The notes beneath the pieces were generated by a model. The model searched no databases. It had not been told where the DNA came from and was given only the letters and a program-made list of their open reading frames with translations. Shown one piece after another: positions 48,693 to 58,482 of a stretch of DNA of 64,000 bases. The DNA comes from a virus: positions 1 to 64,000 of the IMG/VR virus record IMGVR_UViG_3300032296_003714; one strand, written 5' to 3'. The position numbers were made by a program, and so were the translations under genes. Every line of letters starts with the position of its first letter. Position 1 is the first letter of the stretch.

Positions 48693-50363
48693 ATGGAAAA
48701 AGTTACTTTAGTCACAGGTTTATGGAATATTGGTAGGGATAACCTATCAGAGGGATGGTCTAGGTCATTCCAACATTATTTAGATAGATTTGATAGATTA
48801 TTGGATGTTGACGCCAATATGATAATATTTGGAGACGAGGAGTTAGAATCATTTGTCTTCAAAAAAAGAACTAATGAGAATACACAATTCATACTTAGAC
48901 CTACAAGCTGGTTTGTTCACAATGAATTCTATGATAAGATTCAAGAAATTAGGACTAAAGAATCTTGGTATAATCAAGTAGGTTGGCTCAAGGATTCAAC
49001 ACAGGCTAAGTTAGGAATGTATAACCCCTTGGTTATGTCTAAAATGTTTTTATTACATGATGCAAAAATTTTAGATAGGTTTAATTCTGATTATATGTTT
49101 TGGATTGATGCTGGTCTTGCAAACACAGTTCATCCAGGATATTTTACACACGATAAAGTTTTAGATAAATTACCAAAATATATTTCTAAATTTTCATTTG
49201 TTTGTTTTCCATATGAGACTTCTGTTGAAATACATGGTTTTGAATATTCAAAATTAAAATCTATAGCAAATTCCGATGTTAAAAAAGTTGCGAGAGGCGG
49301 ATTCTTCGGAGGTCCAAAAAGTACGATATCTGAGATAAATTCAATTTATTATTCATTGATGAAATCAACATTGTATGATGGATACATGGGTACTGAAGAG
49401 TCACTATTCAGTATTATGTGTTATAAACATGCTGATGTTGTGAATTATTTTGAAATAGATGGTAATGGATTAATGGGTAAGTTTTTTGAGGATTTGAAAA
49501 ACGATAAGTTGGTCGTAAAATCAGAGTCTTCTATTAATAATTCACACGTATTAGATTTATCAAAAACATCCTTGTACGTTATAGGTTTTAATAGTCCAAA
49601 ACAATTTAAGACACTTATTGAGTCTATGTTATCTTATGATAAAAACTTTATAGAAAAACCAAAAAAATATTTATTAGATAATTCTACTGATTTGTCAACT
49701 ACTGAGGAATACTCGGTAATTTGTAAAGAGTTTGGTTTTGAACATATTAAGAAAGATAATTTAGGTATTTGTGGTGGTAGACAATTTATTGCAGAACATT
49801 TTGAAGAAAGTGATTCTGACTTTATGTTTTTCTTTGAAGATGATATGTTTTTCTATCCTAAGGATGGTGTATGTAGAAATGGATTCAATAGATATGTTCC
49901 TGACCTGTATCAAAAATCATTAGAGATTGTGAGAAAAGAAGGTTTTGATTTTTTAAAATTAAATTATAGTGAATTTTTTGGCGATAATGGCACACAGTGG
50001 ACATGGTATAATGTACCACAACATTTGAGAGAAGAGTTTTGGCCCGAAAAACCCAAACTACCTGAAAGCGGATTAGACCCAAATGCACCTAAAGTTAAGT
50101 ACGGAAAAATAATTTCACACAAAGGAGTTCCATATTCTAATGGTGAAATATATTATTGTAACTGGCCACAAATTGTTTCTAAATTAGGTAATAAAAAAAT
50201 GTTTTTAGATACAACATGGGCACATCCGTTTGAACAAACTTGGATGAGTCATATGTATCAACTGACAAAAAAAGGTGAATTAAATCCAGGAATTTTATTA
50301 CTTACACCAACAGAACACAATAGATTTGAACATTACGGTCCAGGGTTGCGTAAAGAATCATAA
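48693..50363 (+). CDS. HtrL/YibB-like glycosyltransferase fused to second GT-A domain
   Basis: TLVTGLWNIGR, SK..LL, FWIDAG, GGFFGG, TEE; second domain FFEDDM. Confidence 0.72.
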   Translation: MEKVTLVTGLWNIGRDNLSEGWSRSFQHYLDRFDRLLDVDANMIIFGDEELESFVFKKRTNENTQFILRPTSWFVHNEFYDKIQEIRTKESWYNQVGWLKDSTQAKLGMYNPLVMSKMFLLHDAKILDRFNSDYMFWIDAGLANTVHPGYFTHDKVLDKLPKYISKFSFVCFPYETSVEIHGFEYSKLKSIANSDVKKVARGGFFGGPKSTISEINSIYYSLMKSTLYDGYMGTEESLFSIMCYKHADVVNYFEIDGNGLMGKFFEDLKNDKLVVKSESSINNSHVLDLSKTSLYVIGFNSPKQFKTLIESMLSYDKNFIEKPKKYLLDNSTDLSTTEEYSVICKEFGFEHIKKDNLGICGGRQFIAEHFEESDSDFMFFFEDDMFFYPKDGVCRNGFNRYVPDLYQKSLEIVRKEGFDFLKLNYSEFFGDNGTQWTWYNVPQHLREEFWPEKPKLPESGLDPNAPKVKYGKIISHKGVPYSNGEIYYCNWPQIVSKLGNKKMFLDTTWAHPFEQTWMSHMYQLTKKGELNPGILLLTPTEHNRFEHYGPGLRKES

Positions 50364-50379
50364 CAATATATTTATTGTT

Positions 50380-50757
50380 ATGGAATTTTTTATAAAAAAG
50401 AATGCATCCCTACCGGTTCTAAAAATGCAAGTAGTTAAAGACGGAAGGTCAGGGTATCAACAATTAATGGAAGATTTAGAAGTTTCTTCAATATACTTCT
50501 CTATGATTGATACTGCAAATGGTATACCTAAAATAATCGATGCCCCATGTGGTATTGTTCCCATAGATTTACCAGCGGGTTCTCCACCCGAATATTATAT
50601 TTATTTCCAATTTAACGCGAGAGATACAAACACGACTGGAAGATATAAAGGTGAGTTTTTAATTAAAAACGATGAAGGCAATCTAATTCTACCTTTAAGG
50701 GAGGAAGTGTATATAAATGTTCAAGATAGTTTTTCCGCAATAGACCCTTGTTGTTAA
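50380..50757 (+). CDS. BppU-like/Ig-fold virion protein
   Basis: FFIKKNASLP.L...YFQF...DT.TTG.Y.GEF.I...LP; ATG 4 nt after TATTTAT. Confidence 0.55.
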   Translation: MEFFIKKNASLPVLKMQVVKDGRSGYQQLMEDLEVSSIYFSMIDTANGIPKIIDAPCGIVPIDLPAGSPPEYYIYFQFNARDTNTTGRYKGEFLIKNDEGNLILPLREEVYINVQDSFSAIDPCC

Positions 50758-50781
50758 TTTAATTTCATTTATATTTAAAAA

Positions 50782-51444
50782 ATGATAGAAAATTTTTTAG
50801 GTGTAAACATATCTTATCCATATAATATTTTTACAGAATCAGAACTTTTTTTCTTATATGGTGTAATTTCATCGATTAATCCACAAAATATAGTCGAATT
50901 GGGAGGAGGGTCTCAAGGAATTTGTTCTAGCGTTTTCACAAAAGCACAGAAAAATAATCCTAAAGCTAAGCTTTTTTCCGTAGATATTTTAGAAATGAAA
51001 AAAAAATCCAATAATCATTTTTTACTTCAAAAAGATATAAATGATGTAACACCTGATGATATACATAATGAAAAAATAGATGTTGTTTTTTTTGATTCTC
51101 ATGGAGTAATTCCGCAATTAAACTTTTATAATAAAATGGTTAAATATAATTTAATTGATGACGACACACTTCTTATTTTACACGACACAAATTTATTTTA
51201 TGAACCAATAACAAGTATGTGTATCAATTCGAATGGTCACTTTGGTATGTTCACTGAAGAAGGTTATGCTCACCAATGGGTTGAAAGAAATCTTGTTAAT
51301 TATTTTAAATTAAAAGGTTATGATGTTTTTAGTTTATCTACAAAACCAGAAAATCATAATGAAAACCATCCATTACTTTTTGGTATTTCCGTTTGTAAAA
51401 AATTCAAAGTTTTAAATCCAATTTCTTTGGTTTATCCCGAATAA
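50782..51444 (+). CDS. Class I SAM methyltransferase (Methyltransf_24-like)
   Basis: IVELG, SVD, VFFDSH, LILHDT. Confidence 0.8.
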   Translation: MIENFLGVNISYPYNIFTESELFFLYGVISSINPQNIVELGGGSQGICSSVFTKAQKNNPKAKLFSVDILEMKKKSNNHFLLQKDINDVTPDDIHNEKIDVVFFDSHGVIPQLNFYNKMVKYNLIDDDTLLILHDTNLFYEPITSMCINSNGHFGMFTEEGYAHQWVERNLVNYFKLKGYDVFSLSTKPENHNENHPLLFGISVCKKFKVLNPISLVYPE

Positions 51445-51458
51445 TTTTTATATTTATC

Positions 51459-51503
51459 AGAGAAGGTAAATTTCACATTTTGTGAAAGCTAATAGACCAC
51501 TCT
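51459..51503 (+). promoter_or_regulatory. Structured 5' leader upstream of DNA polymerase
   Basis: TTTCACA-TTT-TGTGAAA hairpin enclosed by AGAG..GGT / ACC.CTCT pairing. Confidence 0.45.
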
Positions 51504-51514
51504 AAAAATATATT

Positions 51515-54292
51515 ATGATATCTAACGAAGAAATTGAATCGTTTCTGCATGGAAACGACCCCGAAGAATTTATTGTTGCAATTGAATTCGACTACGCATC
51601 TAACTCCATCTACAAAATCAAAGAGATTCCTGGTAAAGGGAAAGAAATAAGGAAGGACACATTCATACCATTCGCATGGGTTGGAGATTTAAAAGGTCTC
51701 AAGTTTTATAATGATTCCAAAGGAGCTCAAAAAGAAGCCATGACCAAATACGGTATCATGATTGAAAAACTTGAAACTGCGGGAAATGAAAGGCTTGAGA
51801 AAGGAATGACTTTCATGGTTAAATCTCTAAAAGGTTATAGAGAGCTTATTCAGTTTTTTAGAGATGGTGGTTGTGACCCTTGGGGTGACAAGACGAAAGA
51901 TAAAATCACAATTCTACCTCCTGTAGAACAATATCTTATTTCAAAAGAGAAAAGACTATTCAAGGGATTTGAAGACTACAATCAAGTTACCAGACTTGTA
52001 TATGACTTGGAGACAACTTCATTGGAACCAAAAGATGGTCGTATTTTTATGATTGGAATTAAGACTAACAAGGGTTATCACAGAGTTATTGAGTGTATGG
52101 ATGAATCCCAAGAAAGAGGTGCAATTATTGAGTTTTTCAATATAATAGATGAAATAAAACCAAGTATTATTGGTGGTTATAACTCCGCAAACTTCGACTG
52201 GCATTGGATATTCGAAAGATGTTCAATTCTAAAGATTGACCCAAGAAAGGTTTGTAAATCATTACACCCCCAACATTCATTCACAAGAAAAGATAGTATG
52301 TTGAAGTTGGCGAATGAGGTAGAATCTTATGTTCAAACTTCAATATGGGGTTATAATGTTATTGATATTATTCATGCAGTAAGAAGAGCACAAGCAATTA
52401 ATTCTAGCATCAAGTCTGCGGGTTTGAAGTATATTACCAAATATATCAACGCTGAAGCTGCTGACCGTGTATACATTGACCATTTGGATATTGGAAAGAT
52501 GTATGTAAACAAAGAAGAGTTTTGGTTGAACATACAAAACGGTAAATACAGGAAGATTGGTGTTGACCCCAAGATTGATGCAATTTGTGAGAAAAGAACT
52601 GATGTTTATATTAAGACCACAGGAGACAATCTTGTCGAGAGATATCTTGACGATGACTTGGAAGAAACTTTGAAAGTTGACCAAGAGTTTAACCAAGGTT
52701 CATTTCTTCTAGCTGCGATGATTCCAACAACATATGAGAGGGTATCGACTATGGGTACCGCAACTTTGTGGAAGATGTTGATGTTGGCGTGGTCTTATAA
52801 ACACAAACTTGCAATTCCCGCCAAACAGGACAAGACAGACTTCGTAGGAGGTCTTTCCCGACTACTTAAGGTTGGTTATAGTAAGAATGTACTGAAGCTC
52901 GACTTCTCGTCTCTATACCCCTCAATTCAGCTCGTACATGATGTTTTTCCTGATTGTGATGTGACGGGTGCAATGAAAGGTATGTTAAAGTGGTTTCGTG
53001 ATACTCGTATCAAATACAAACAACTTGCTGAACAATACTATGAGACTGATAAAAAGAAGTCAGAATCATATGGTAATAAACAATTACCGATTAAAATATT
53101 CATCAACTCCATGTTCGGTGCTTTGTCCGCTCCACAAGTATTTGCATGGGGAGATATGTACATGGGTGAACAGATTACTTGCACAGGTAGACAGTATCTT
53201 CGTCAGATGATTAGGTTCTTCATGTCAAAAGGATATACCCCACTTGTGATGGATACAGACGGTGTGAACTTCTCAAGTCCTGATGATGTTAACGAAAGAA
53301 AATACATTGGTCGTGGTTTGAATTGGAAAGTTAAATTGGGTAAGGAATACACAGGACCTGAGGCTGATGTTGCTGAGTATAATGATATATTCATGAGGGG
53401 TGAGATGGCTCTTGATACTGACGGTGTTTGGCCTTCTTGTATTAACCTTGCTCGTAAGAACTATGCGGTTATGGACGCCAAAGGAAAGATTAAACTTACA
53501 GGTAATAGTATTAAGTCAAAGAAGCTTCCGATATACATTGAAGATTTCTTGGACAAAGGAATTAAGATGTTACTTGAGGGTGATGGTAAAGCCTTTGTCG
53601 AGTACTACTACGAATACCTACAAAAGATATATGACAAGAAGATACCTCTCGCAAAGATTGCACAAAGAGCGAAGGTTAAGTTGACATTAGATGATTATAA
53701 AAAGAGGTTGAATCAAAAAACAAAAGCGGGTAATAGTATGTCAAGAATGGCTCACATGGAACTTGCCTTGAAGGAAAACCTTAATGTTAATTTGGGTGAT
53801 GTTATCATGTATGTTAATAACGGAACTAAAGCATCACAAGGAGACGTTCAGAAGATGACGGCAAAACAGATTAAAGATACTAATGCTGTTTTACTTCATG
53901 AAAACCCTAGAGCGAAACCGATTACTGAAGGTGTTATGGTTAATTGTTATATGTTAAATTCTAACATTCTTGAAACAAATCCTGATTTGACGGGTGATTA
54001 CAATGTACCAAGAGCAATCACAACATTCAACAAGCGTATTGAACCACTTCTTGTTGTATTCAAACAAGAAATAAGAGATGGTTTACTTGTTGATAATCCT
54101 GATGATAGGGGAATATTCACAACATCACAATGTGAACTTATTAATGGACAACCATTTGAAGAAGGGGACCAAGATAGTTTGGATGAAGTTATGTCACTTT
54201 CTGAGGGTGAGGTGAAGTATTGGGAAAAAAGAGGTTTGAATTCTGATTATATGTATGAATTGGCCGAAGAGGGTTGGGAACAAAAATTATGA
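51515..54292 (+). CDS. polB: Family B DNA polymerase
   Basis: Exo I YDLET, Exo II GYNS.NFD, motif A DFSSLYPS, motif B KIFINSMFG, motif C DTDG. Confidence 0.95.
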   Translation: MISNEEIESFLHGNDPEEFIVAIEFDYASNSIYKIKEIPGKGKEIRKDTFIPFAWVGDLKGLKFYNDSKGAQKEAMTKYGIMIEKLETAGNERLEKGMTFMVKSLKGYRELIQFFRDGGCDPWGDKTKDKITILPPVEQYLISKEKRLFKGFEDYNQVTRLVYDLETTSLEPKDGRIFMIGIKTNKGYHRVIECMDESQERGAIIEFFNIIDEIKPSIIGGYNSANFDWHWIFERCSILKIDPRKVCKSLHPQHSFTRKDSMLKLANEVESYVQTSIWGYNVIDIIHAVRRAQAINSSIKSAGLKYITKYINAEAADRVYIDHLDIGKMYVNKEEFWLNIQNGKYRKIGVDPKIDAICEKRTDVYIKTTGDNLVERYLDDDLEETLKVDQEFNQGSFLLAAMIPTTYERVSTMGTATLWKMLMLAWSYKHKLAIPAKQDKTDFVGGLSRLLKVGYSKNVLKLDFSSLYPSIQLVHDVFPDCDVTGAMKGMLKWFRDTRIKYKQLAEQYYETDKKKSESYGNKQLPIKIFINSMFGALSAPQVFAWGDMYMGEQITCTGRQYLRQMIRFFMSKGYTPLVMDTDGVNFSSPDDVNERKYIGRGLNWKVKLGKEYTGPEADVAEYNDIFMRGEMALDTDGVWPSCINLARKNYAVMDAKGKIKLTGNSIKSKKLPIYIEDFLDKGIKMLLEGDGKAFVEYYYEYLQKIYDKKIPLAKIAQRAKVKLTLDDYKKRLNQKTKAGNSMSRMAHMELALKENLNVNLGDVIMYVNNGTKASQGDVQKMTAKQIKDTNAVLLHENPRAKPITEGVMVNCYMLNSNILETNPDLTGDYNVPRAITTFNKRIEPLLVVFKQEIRDGLLVDNPDDRGIFTTSQCELINGQPFEEGDQDSLDEVMSLSEGEVKYWEKRGLNSDYMYELAEEGWEQKL

Positions 54293-54622
54293 TTGTTTCA
54301 ACCCGTCAGATGATAAAATGTACCAATTACCACCACAAAATCTAAATTCAACACACGCACCACGGTCCATTTCAATCTCATCGAATTCCTCATCAATTCT
54401 TCCCACATCTGGTTTTATTACCATATGAGTTAATGCCTTAACTACTGTGTGGTCTGTTGTTCTTGAATCTAAAGTAATTGTACTTGATGGTACACCTTTT
54501 ACAATTACACAATCTTCTCCTTGAGTGGAGTATTCTGATTCTGAAACTATTGATACTTCAGAAGTGTTAAGTATTCTACCGTGAATTATTCTTTGTGATG
54601 GGATAGTTTTGATTATTGCCAT
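54287..54622 (-). CDS. Hypothetical virion protein
   Basis: About 111-aa beta-rich ORF downstream of neck gene. Confidence 0.6.
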   Translation of the reverse strand: MAIIKTIPSQRIIHGRILNTSEVSIVSESEYSTQGEDCVIVKGVPSSTITLDSRTTDHTVVKALTHMVIKPDVGRIDEEFDEIEMDRGACVEFRFCGGNWYILSSDGLKQS

Positions 54623-54628
54623 AAACAA

Positions 54629-55750
54629 TTATATTACATAAATTTGTCTTGGGAAAGCGTGAAACTTCAGTTGTTTATTTAAGTTTTCAGCAATTAATGC
54701 TTCTTTTTCCATTTGTTTTTCAGGTCTCAATCTTTCCAATCTTAATTTAAGTTCTTCCTCAAGTTTTGATTTTTCGTCTTTAGATTCTGTCAACAAACTT
54801 GTGTAATCCATTTGTATTTCAGAGTCTGGTGTTTTGAGATTACCTGAATATTTTCCTCTTACTCTGGCTAATGTTTCTTTAACATAAGCAGTAAACCATC
54901 TTCTAACCCATTGTTTTGCTGGGTCATTTAAATCAGCCCACTCAAGAGTCCCAATAGGAACATCTGTAGGTAGTTTAATTATATCAGGGTTTTGTTTTAA
55001 ACAGTCGTTTCTATCTTTTCCTGTTGTATCGTAATACCAATACCAAACTTGCTTTCCTGCATACATGCTATAATTTGACCAATTAAACCTACCTCCCGGA
55101 GTGTTCATCAAATGAACTAATTTCTTTCCGTCAGGTAAACCTGTTATTCTATAAGTTAAACTACCACCTAAAATTCTATTCAAAATGTTTGCCTCTTGGG
55201 CTCTTAACAAATAATCAAAACCTGACATCATAAAGTAAGAACCTTGATATCCAAATTGAGCATACCCTGCTTGGTTAGCACCAAGACCAATACCATCGAA
55301 ACCAAATCCACCACCAACACCACCGAGTCCAAACATTGTCCAAGGTTGGTTACTGAACCATAATAGTTCGTTCACCTCTCTACCGGCGGGTATTTCATAT
55401 AATTGTGTGTTTGCACTAAGGGTGAAATAATCTTTCTTTAATACCCAAGGACCTACTGTTTGTAGACCTACAATCTTAGAATATGAATATTGAAACTGTT
55501 GTTCAAAGTTCATTGTTCTTGTAATCAACGCGTTTGCCACGGATTGATTGTTCATATCAAGATTAACAAGATTTACCCACTGTGATTCGATAAGCCAATC
55601 CAAAATGTATTGTTGATAATCTCCAATAGATAATTCCATTAGAGAATCCATCATTTCGTCTTGTATTTCAACACTCCTAATAGGAGCACCTAACAAGTGT
55701 TTAATTCTTGTATAAATCTGACTTCTTTCTGGTTCTGCTATAACTGACAT
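54629..55750 (-). CDS. Neck/head-tail adaptor (T4 gp13-like)
   Basis: I..LLGAP...VEI, WVRRW..A..KE.L..VRGKYSG, L..E..E. Confidence 0.78.
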   Translation of the reverse strand: MSVIAEPERSQIYTRIKHLLGAPIRSVEIQDEMMDSLMELSIGDYQQYILDWLIESQWVNLVNLDMNNQSVANALITRTMNFEQQFQYSYSKIVGLQTVGPWVLKKDYFTLSANTQLYEIPAGREVNELLWFSNQPWTMFGLGGVGGGFGFDGIGLGANQAGYAQFGYQGSYFMMSGFDYLLRAQEANILNRILGGSLTYRITGLPDGKKLVHLMNTPGGRFNWSNYSMYAGKQVWYWYYDTTGKDRNDCLKQNPDIIKLPTDVPIGTLEWADLNDPAKQWVRRWFTAYVKETLARVRGKYSGNLKTPDSEIQMDYTSLLTESKDEKSKLEEELKLRLERLRPEKQMEKEALIAENLNKQLKFHAFPRQIYVI

Positions 55751-55767
55751 ACCTATAAATATGTTAG

Positions 55768-57516
55768 TTATCTCATTTCATTAATTTTATTCATTATCTC
55801 TTCAACGAAGTCTGCATCATTTAAATTGTCACCCATTACAGTGGCAATAACTTGTTTTTTTGCAATTAAAATATCATAAATTAAACCTTCAATTGTGTTT
55901 TCAAATAGTGGGTAATAAACCAAAACATTATTTTTTTGACCGATACGATACGCCCTATCCTCAGCTTGTGAGTGGTCTGAAGGTAAAAAAGACAAATCGT
56001 TCATTATAACAGCTTCGGCTGCGGTCAAAGTAATACCAACACCCGCAGCTTTTATATTACCAACAAAAACTTTTACCTTATCGTTTTCTTGAAATTGGTC
56101 TACACTATTTTGTCTTTCTATTTTAGACATTGACCCATCCACTTTTACAGCTTGTTTACCAAAATGGTTAACAATCTGATTAAGTGAGTCTGTAAAATTA
56201 CAGAATATGATAACTTTTTTATCTTGTTCAATAATATTTTCCGATAACTCTATAGTCTGTTGTATTTTTTCATTTGCAATTACTTGTCTAACTTTAGTCA
56301 GTTTTGTAAATTGAACAGTTAAAGATTTTGATTCTTCAGGGTTGCTTCTATACCATTCAAAATATTCCCCCATTAATTCTTCGTAAGCTTTAGATTTTAA
56401 TCTCAAGTAAACAGGAGTAATGATTTTATCAGGTAAATCCAAAACATCTTCTTTCAATCTTCTTAGTATTGTACCTGATGTTCTGTCTCTTAATTCCTCT
56501 AAGTTTGATGAACCCATCACATTCCAAACTTTTCTTGGTCCTACTTTAAATTGATATCCTGAACAATATCGTATTACGTAAGCCATCCAATTTTTTGCAA
56601 CAGGAGAATCAACTAAACTAAGAAGGTTATAGTAATCAATAGGTCGTGATGTCATCGGTGTTCCTGTCAACAACCACAATCTTTCAATATCTTTAACAAT
56701 ATCATTAATTAATTTTGTTCTTTGGGCTTGAGCATTTTTTATGTAATGAGCTTCGTCAACAATAACCAAATCAAAATCCGCTTTCAAAATTTGAGAATCG
56801 GTTTTCTTTTTTGTATCGTGAAAGTTTTTGATGATATCATAATTGATAATTACAAAATCATGTTCAGTACTAAAATTTTTACTCTCCGCAATATAGACAG
56901 GTCTGTCAGTGTAGTTTTCTATCTCCCTTTTCCAGTTTATTTTCAGAGTTGCAGGACAAATGATTAGTATTTTTTTTGCCTTCGTTTCCAAAGCAGCAAT
57001 AATGGTACTTGTAGTTTTACCAAGGCCCATATCGTCAGCGAGAATAAATTTTTTATTCTCAACCAACTTTTGAATAGACTCTTTTTGATGTTCCATTGGA
57101 GGTCTGTTCTTATACTTTGAATAATCAATAACAACATTTTTAACGGTGTTATCTTTAATCAAAGATGCTTTCGGAACCCAAAAATCACTTAGTTCTCCAT
57201 CTTGAAAAAATTTTCCCCAAACATGATAAGCTTTATCACTCTCGGCCAATAATTTTTCTATCCATATTTTTTCGGGAACTACTGTTAGAAGTTTATCATT
57301 AGCAAATTTCTGTGCAAAGTAAGCGTCAAGAACAACCCATTTTTTTGCAACTTTGGGGTTCTTATTATGGTTATTTAAAATGTATTCGGATTGACTTCTA
57401 GTCGGATAAAACTTTCGGTTTATCTGTGATTTTCTTTTTAGTTCTATAATATAATTGTTAGAACCTTCGTAAGATTCAAGTATGTCTAATGCCTTTGACT
57501 CTAACGTTTGTTCCAT
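55768..57516 (-). CDS. SNF2-family helicase/ATPase
   Basis: LADDMGLGKT, DEAH, LTGTP, GVGITLT, QAEDRAYRIGQ. Confidence 0.93.
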   Translation of the reverse strand: MEQTLESKALDILESYEGSNNYIIELKRKSQINRKFYPTRSQSEYILNNHNKNPKVAKKWVVLDAYFAQKFANDKLLTVVPEKIWIEKLLAESDKAYHVWGKFFQDGELSDFWVPKASLIKDNTVKNVVIDYSKYKNRPPMEHQKESIQKLVENKKFILADDMGLGKTTSTIIAALETKAKKILIICPATLKINWKREIENYTDRPVYIAESKNFSTEHDFVIINYDIIKNFHDTKKKTDSQILKADFDLVIVDEAHYIKNAQAQRTKLINDIVKDIERLWLLTGTPMTSRPIDYYNLLSLVDSPVAKNWMAYVIRYCSGYQFKVGPRKVWNVMGSSNLEELRDRTSGTILRRLKEDVLDLPDKIITPVYLRLKSKAYEELMGEYFEWYRSNPEESKSLTVQFTKLTKVRQVIANEKIQQTIELSENIIEQDKKVIIFCNFTDSLNQIVNHFGKQAVKVDGSMSKIERQNSVDQFQENDKVKVFVGNIKAAGVGITLTAAEAVIMNDLSFLPSDHSQAEDRAYRIGQKNNVLVYYPLFENTIEGLIYDILIAKKQVIATVMGDNLNDADFVEEIMNKINEMR

Positions 57517-57518
57517 AA

Positions 57519-57917
57519 TTACTTAACCTCAGTATGAGTTCTCCCATCGAGCCAATATCCATCACCACCATAATATGTTAATATTTCTTCATATGGGTTT
57601 ATGTTTTTGAGGGCAAAAAATTCAAAAGTTTCATTTGTTAAATTTGACCTCCATCCGGCATTTGGTGTATTAGAATGATTATACAAGGAACCCCAACCCC
57701 AAGCAATAACTTGTTTATCCCAAAAATCAGTACCTTGTGGCCAGTTAAATCTATAATCGATGAGAATATCACTAACTTGACCCTTAGGTATTTTTAGGTC
57801 ATGAATTGGACACTCCTCGATAATCTCACCCTCAATTATAAAAGTATTTGCAAAAACACCTAGTCCATGTATTTTACTTTTAGATATAAAAATTTTTGTG
57901 GGGGGAAATATTCTCAT
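57519..57917 (-). CDS. SET-domain protein-lysine methyltransferase
   Basis: SKIHGLGVFA, YNHS..PN, A..NI...EEILTYYG. Confidence 0.9.
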   Translation of the reverse strand: MRIFPPTKIFISKSKIHGLGVFANTFIIEGEIIEECPIHDLKIPKGQVSDILIDYRFNWPQGTDFWDKQVIAWGWGSLYNHSNTPNAGWRSNLTNETFEFFALKNINPYEEILTYYGGDGYWLDGRTHTEVK

Positions 57918-57966
57918 AGTTTTTGTGTTAAATATATAAAGAAATTAAGTATTTATCAAATATACT

Positions 57967-58482
57967 ATGCAAGAAAAATTAGTTCCAATAACAAGGTTAG
58001 GTAGATTCTTCGGAGGAGAAGACTATGCTTTGGACATTGATATGGGTCAGGAATGGCTTGAGGGTGATATGAACTTCACGGTTGTATTATACCGTGTTGA
58101 TAGATATAAAACCAAAACAGATGATGTTTATGGTGAGGCTGTTTCCGATGGGATACAGTTCCTTCCTCCAGTAGAACTTAAAGGGTATGTTCAAATTTTA
58201 GCTCCAACAAATCAAAGAGTTGGTCAAAGTAAAGTTGAATTGGATGAACCGGGTAACATGAGGTTTTCCATATATCAAAAGTATTTGGATGACTTACAGG
58301 TCGATATTGCTTTTGGTGATTATGTAGGATATTACGAAACTGAAACTAGAGTTAGATATTACAGTGTTGCGGATGATGGAAGGGTTGTTTCAGATAATAA
58401 ACATACTTACGGTGGATATAGACCATTCTATAGAACAATAGTCGCCACACCAGTAAGTCAAAATGAATTCAGAGGTTTATGA
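57967..58482 (+). CDS. Head closure/neck protein (T4 gp14-like)
   Basis: V.LYR.....DDVYGE; position upstream of gp15 and sheath. Confidence 0.6.
   Translation: MQEKLVPITRLGRFFGGEDYALDIDMGQEWLEGDMNFTVVLYRVDRYKTKTDDVYGEAVSDGIQFLPPVELKGYVQILAPTNQRVGQSKVELDEPGNMRFSIYQKYLDDLQVDIAFGDYVGYYETETRVRYYSVADDGRVVSDNKHTYGGYRPFYRTIVATPVSQNEFRGL

Noticed and set aside
51459-51503. Fluoride riboswitch (GCTAATAGAC resembles its 3' motif)
   Set aside because: The 5' GGnGAUGG element is absent and the downstream gene is unrelated; kept only as a generic structured leader.
51515-57516. Inteins, introns or homing endonucleases in polymerase or helicase
   Set aside because: Catalytic motifs are normally spaced in single ORFs; no splice-junction or LAGLIDADG/HNH motifs seen.
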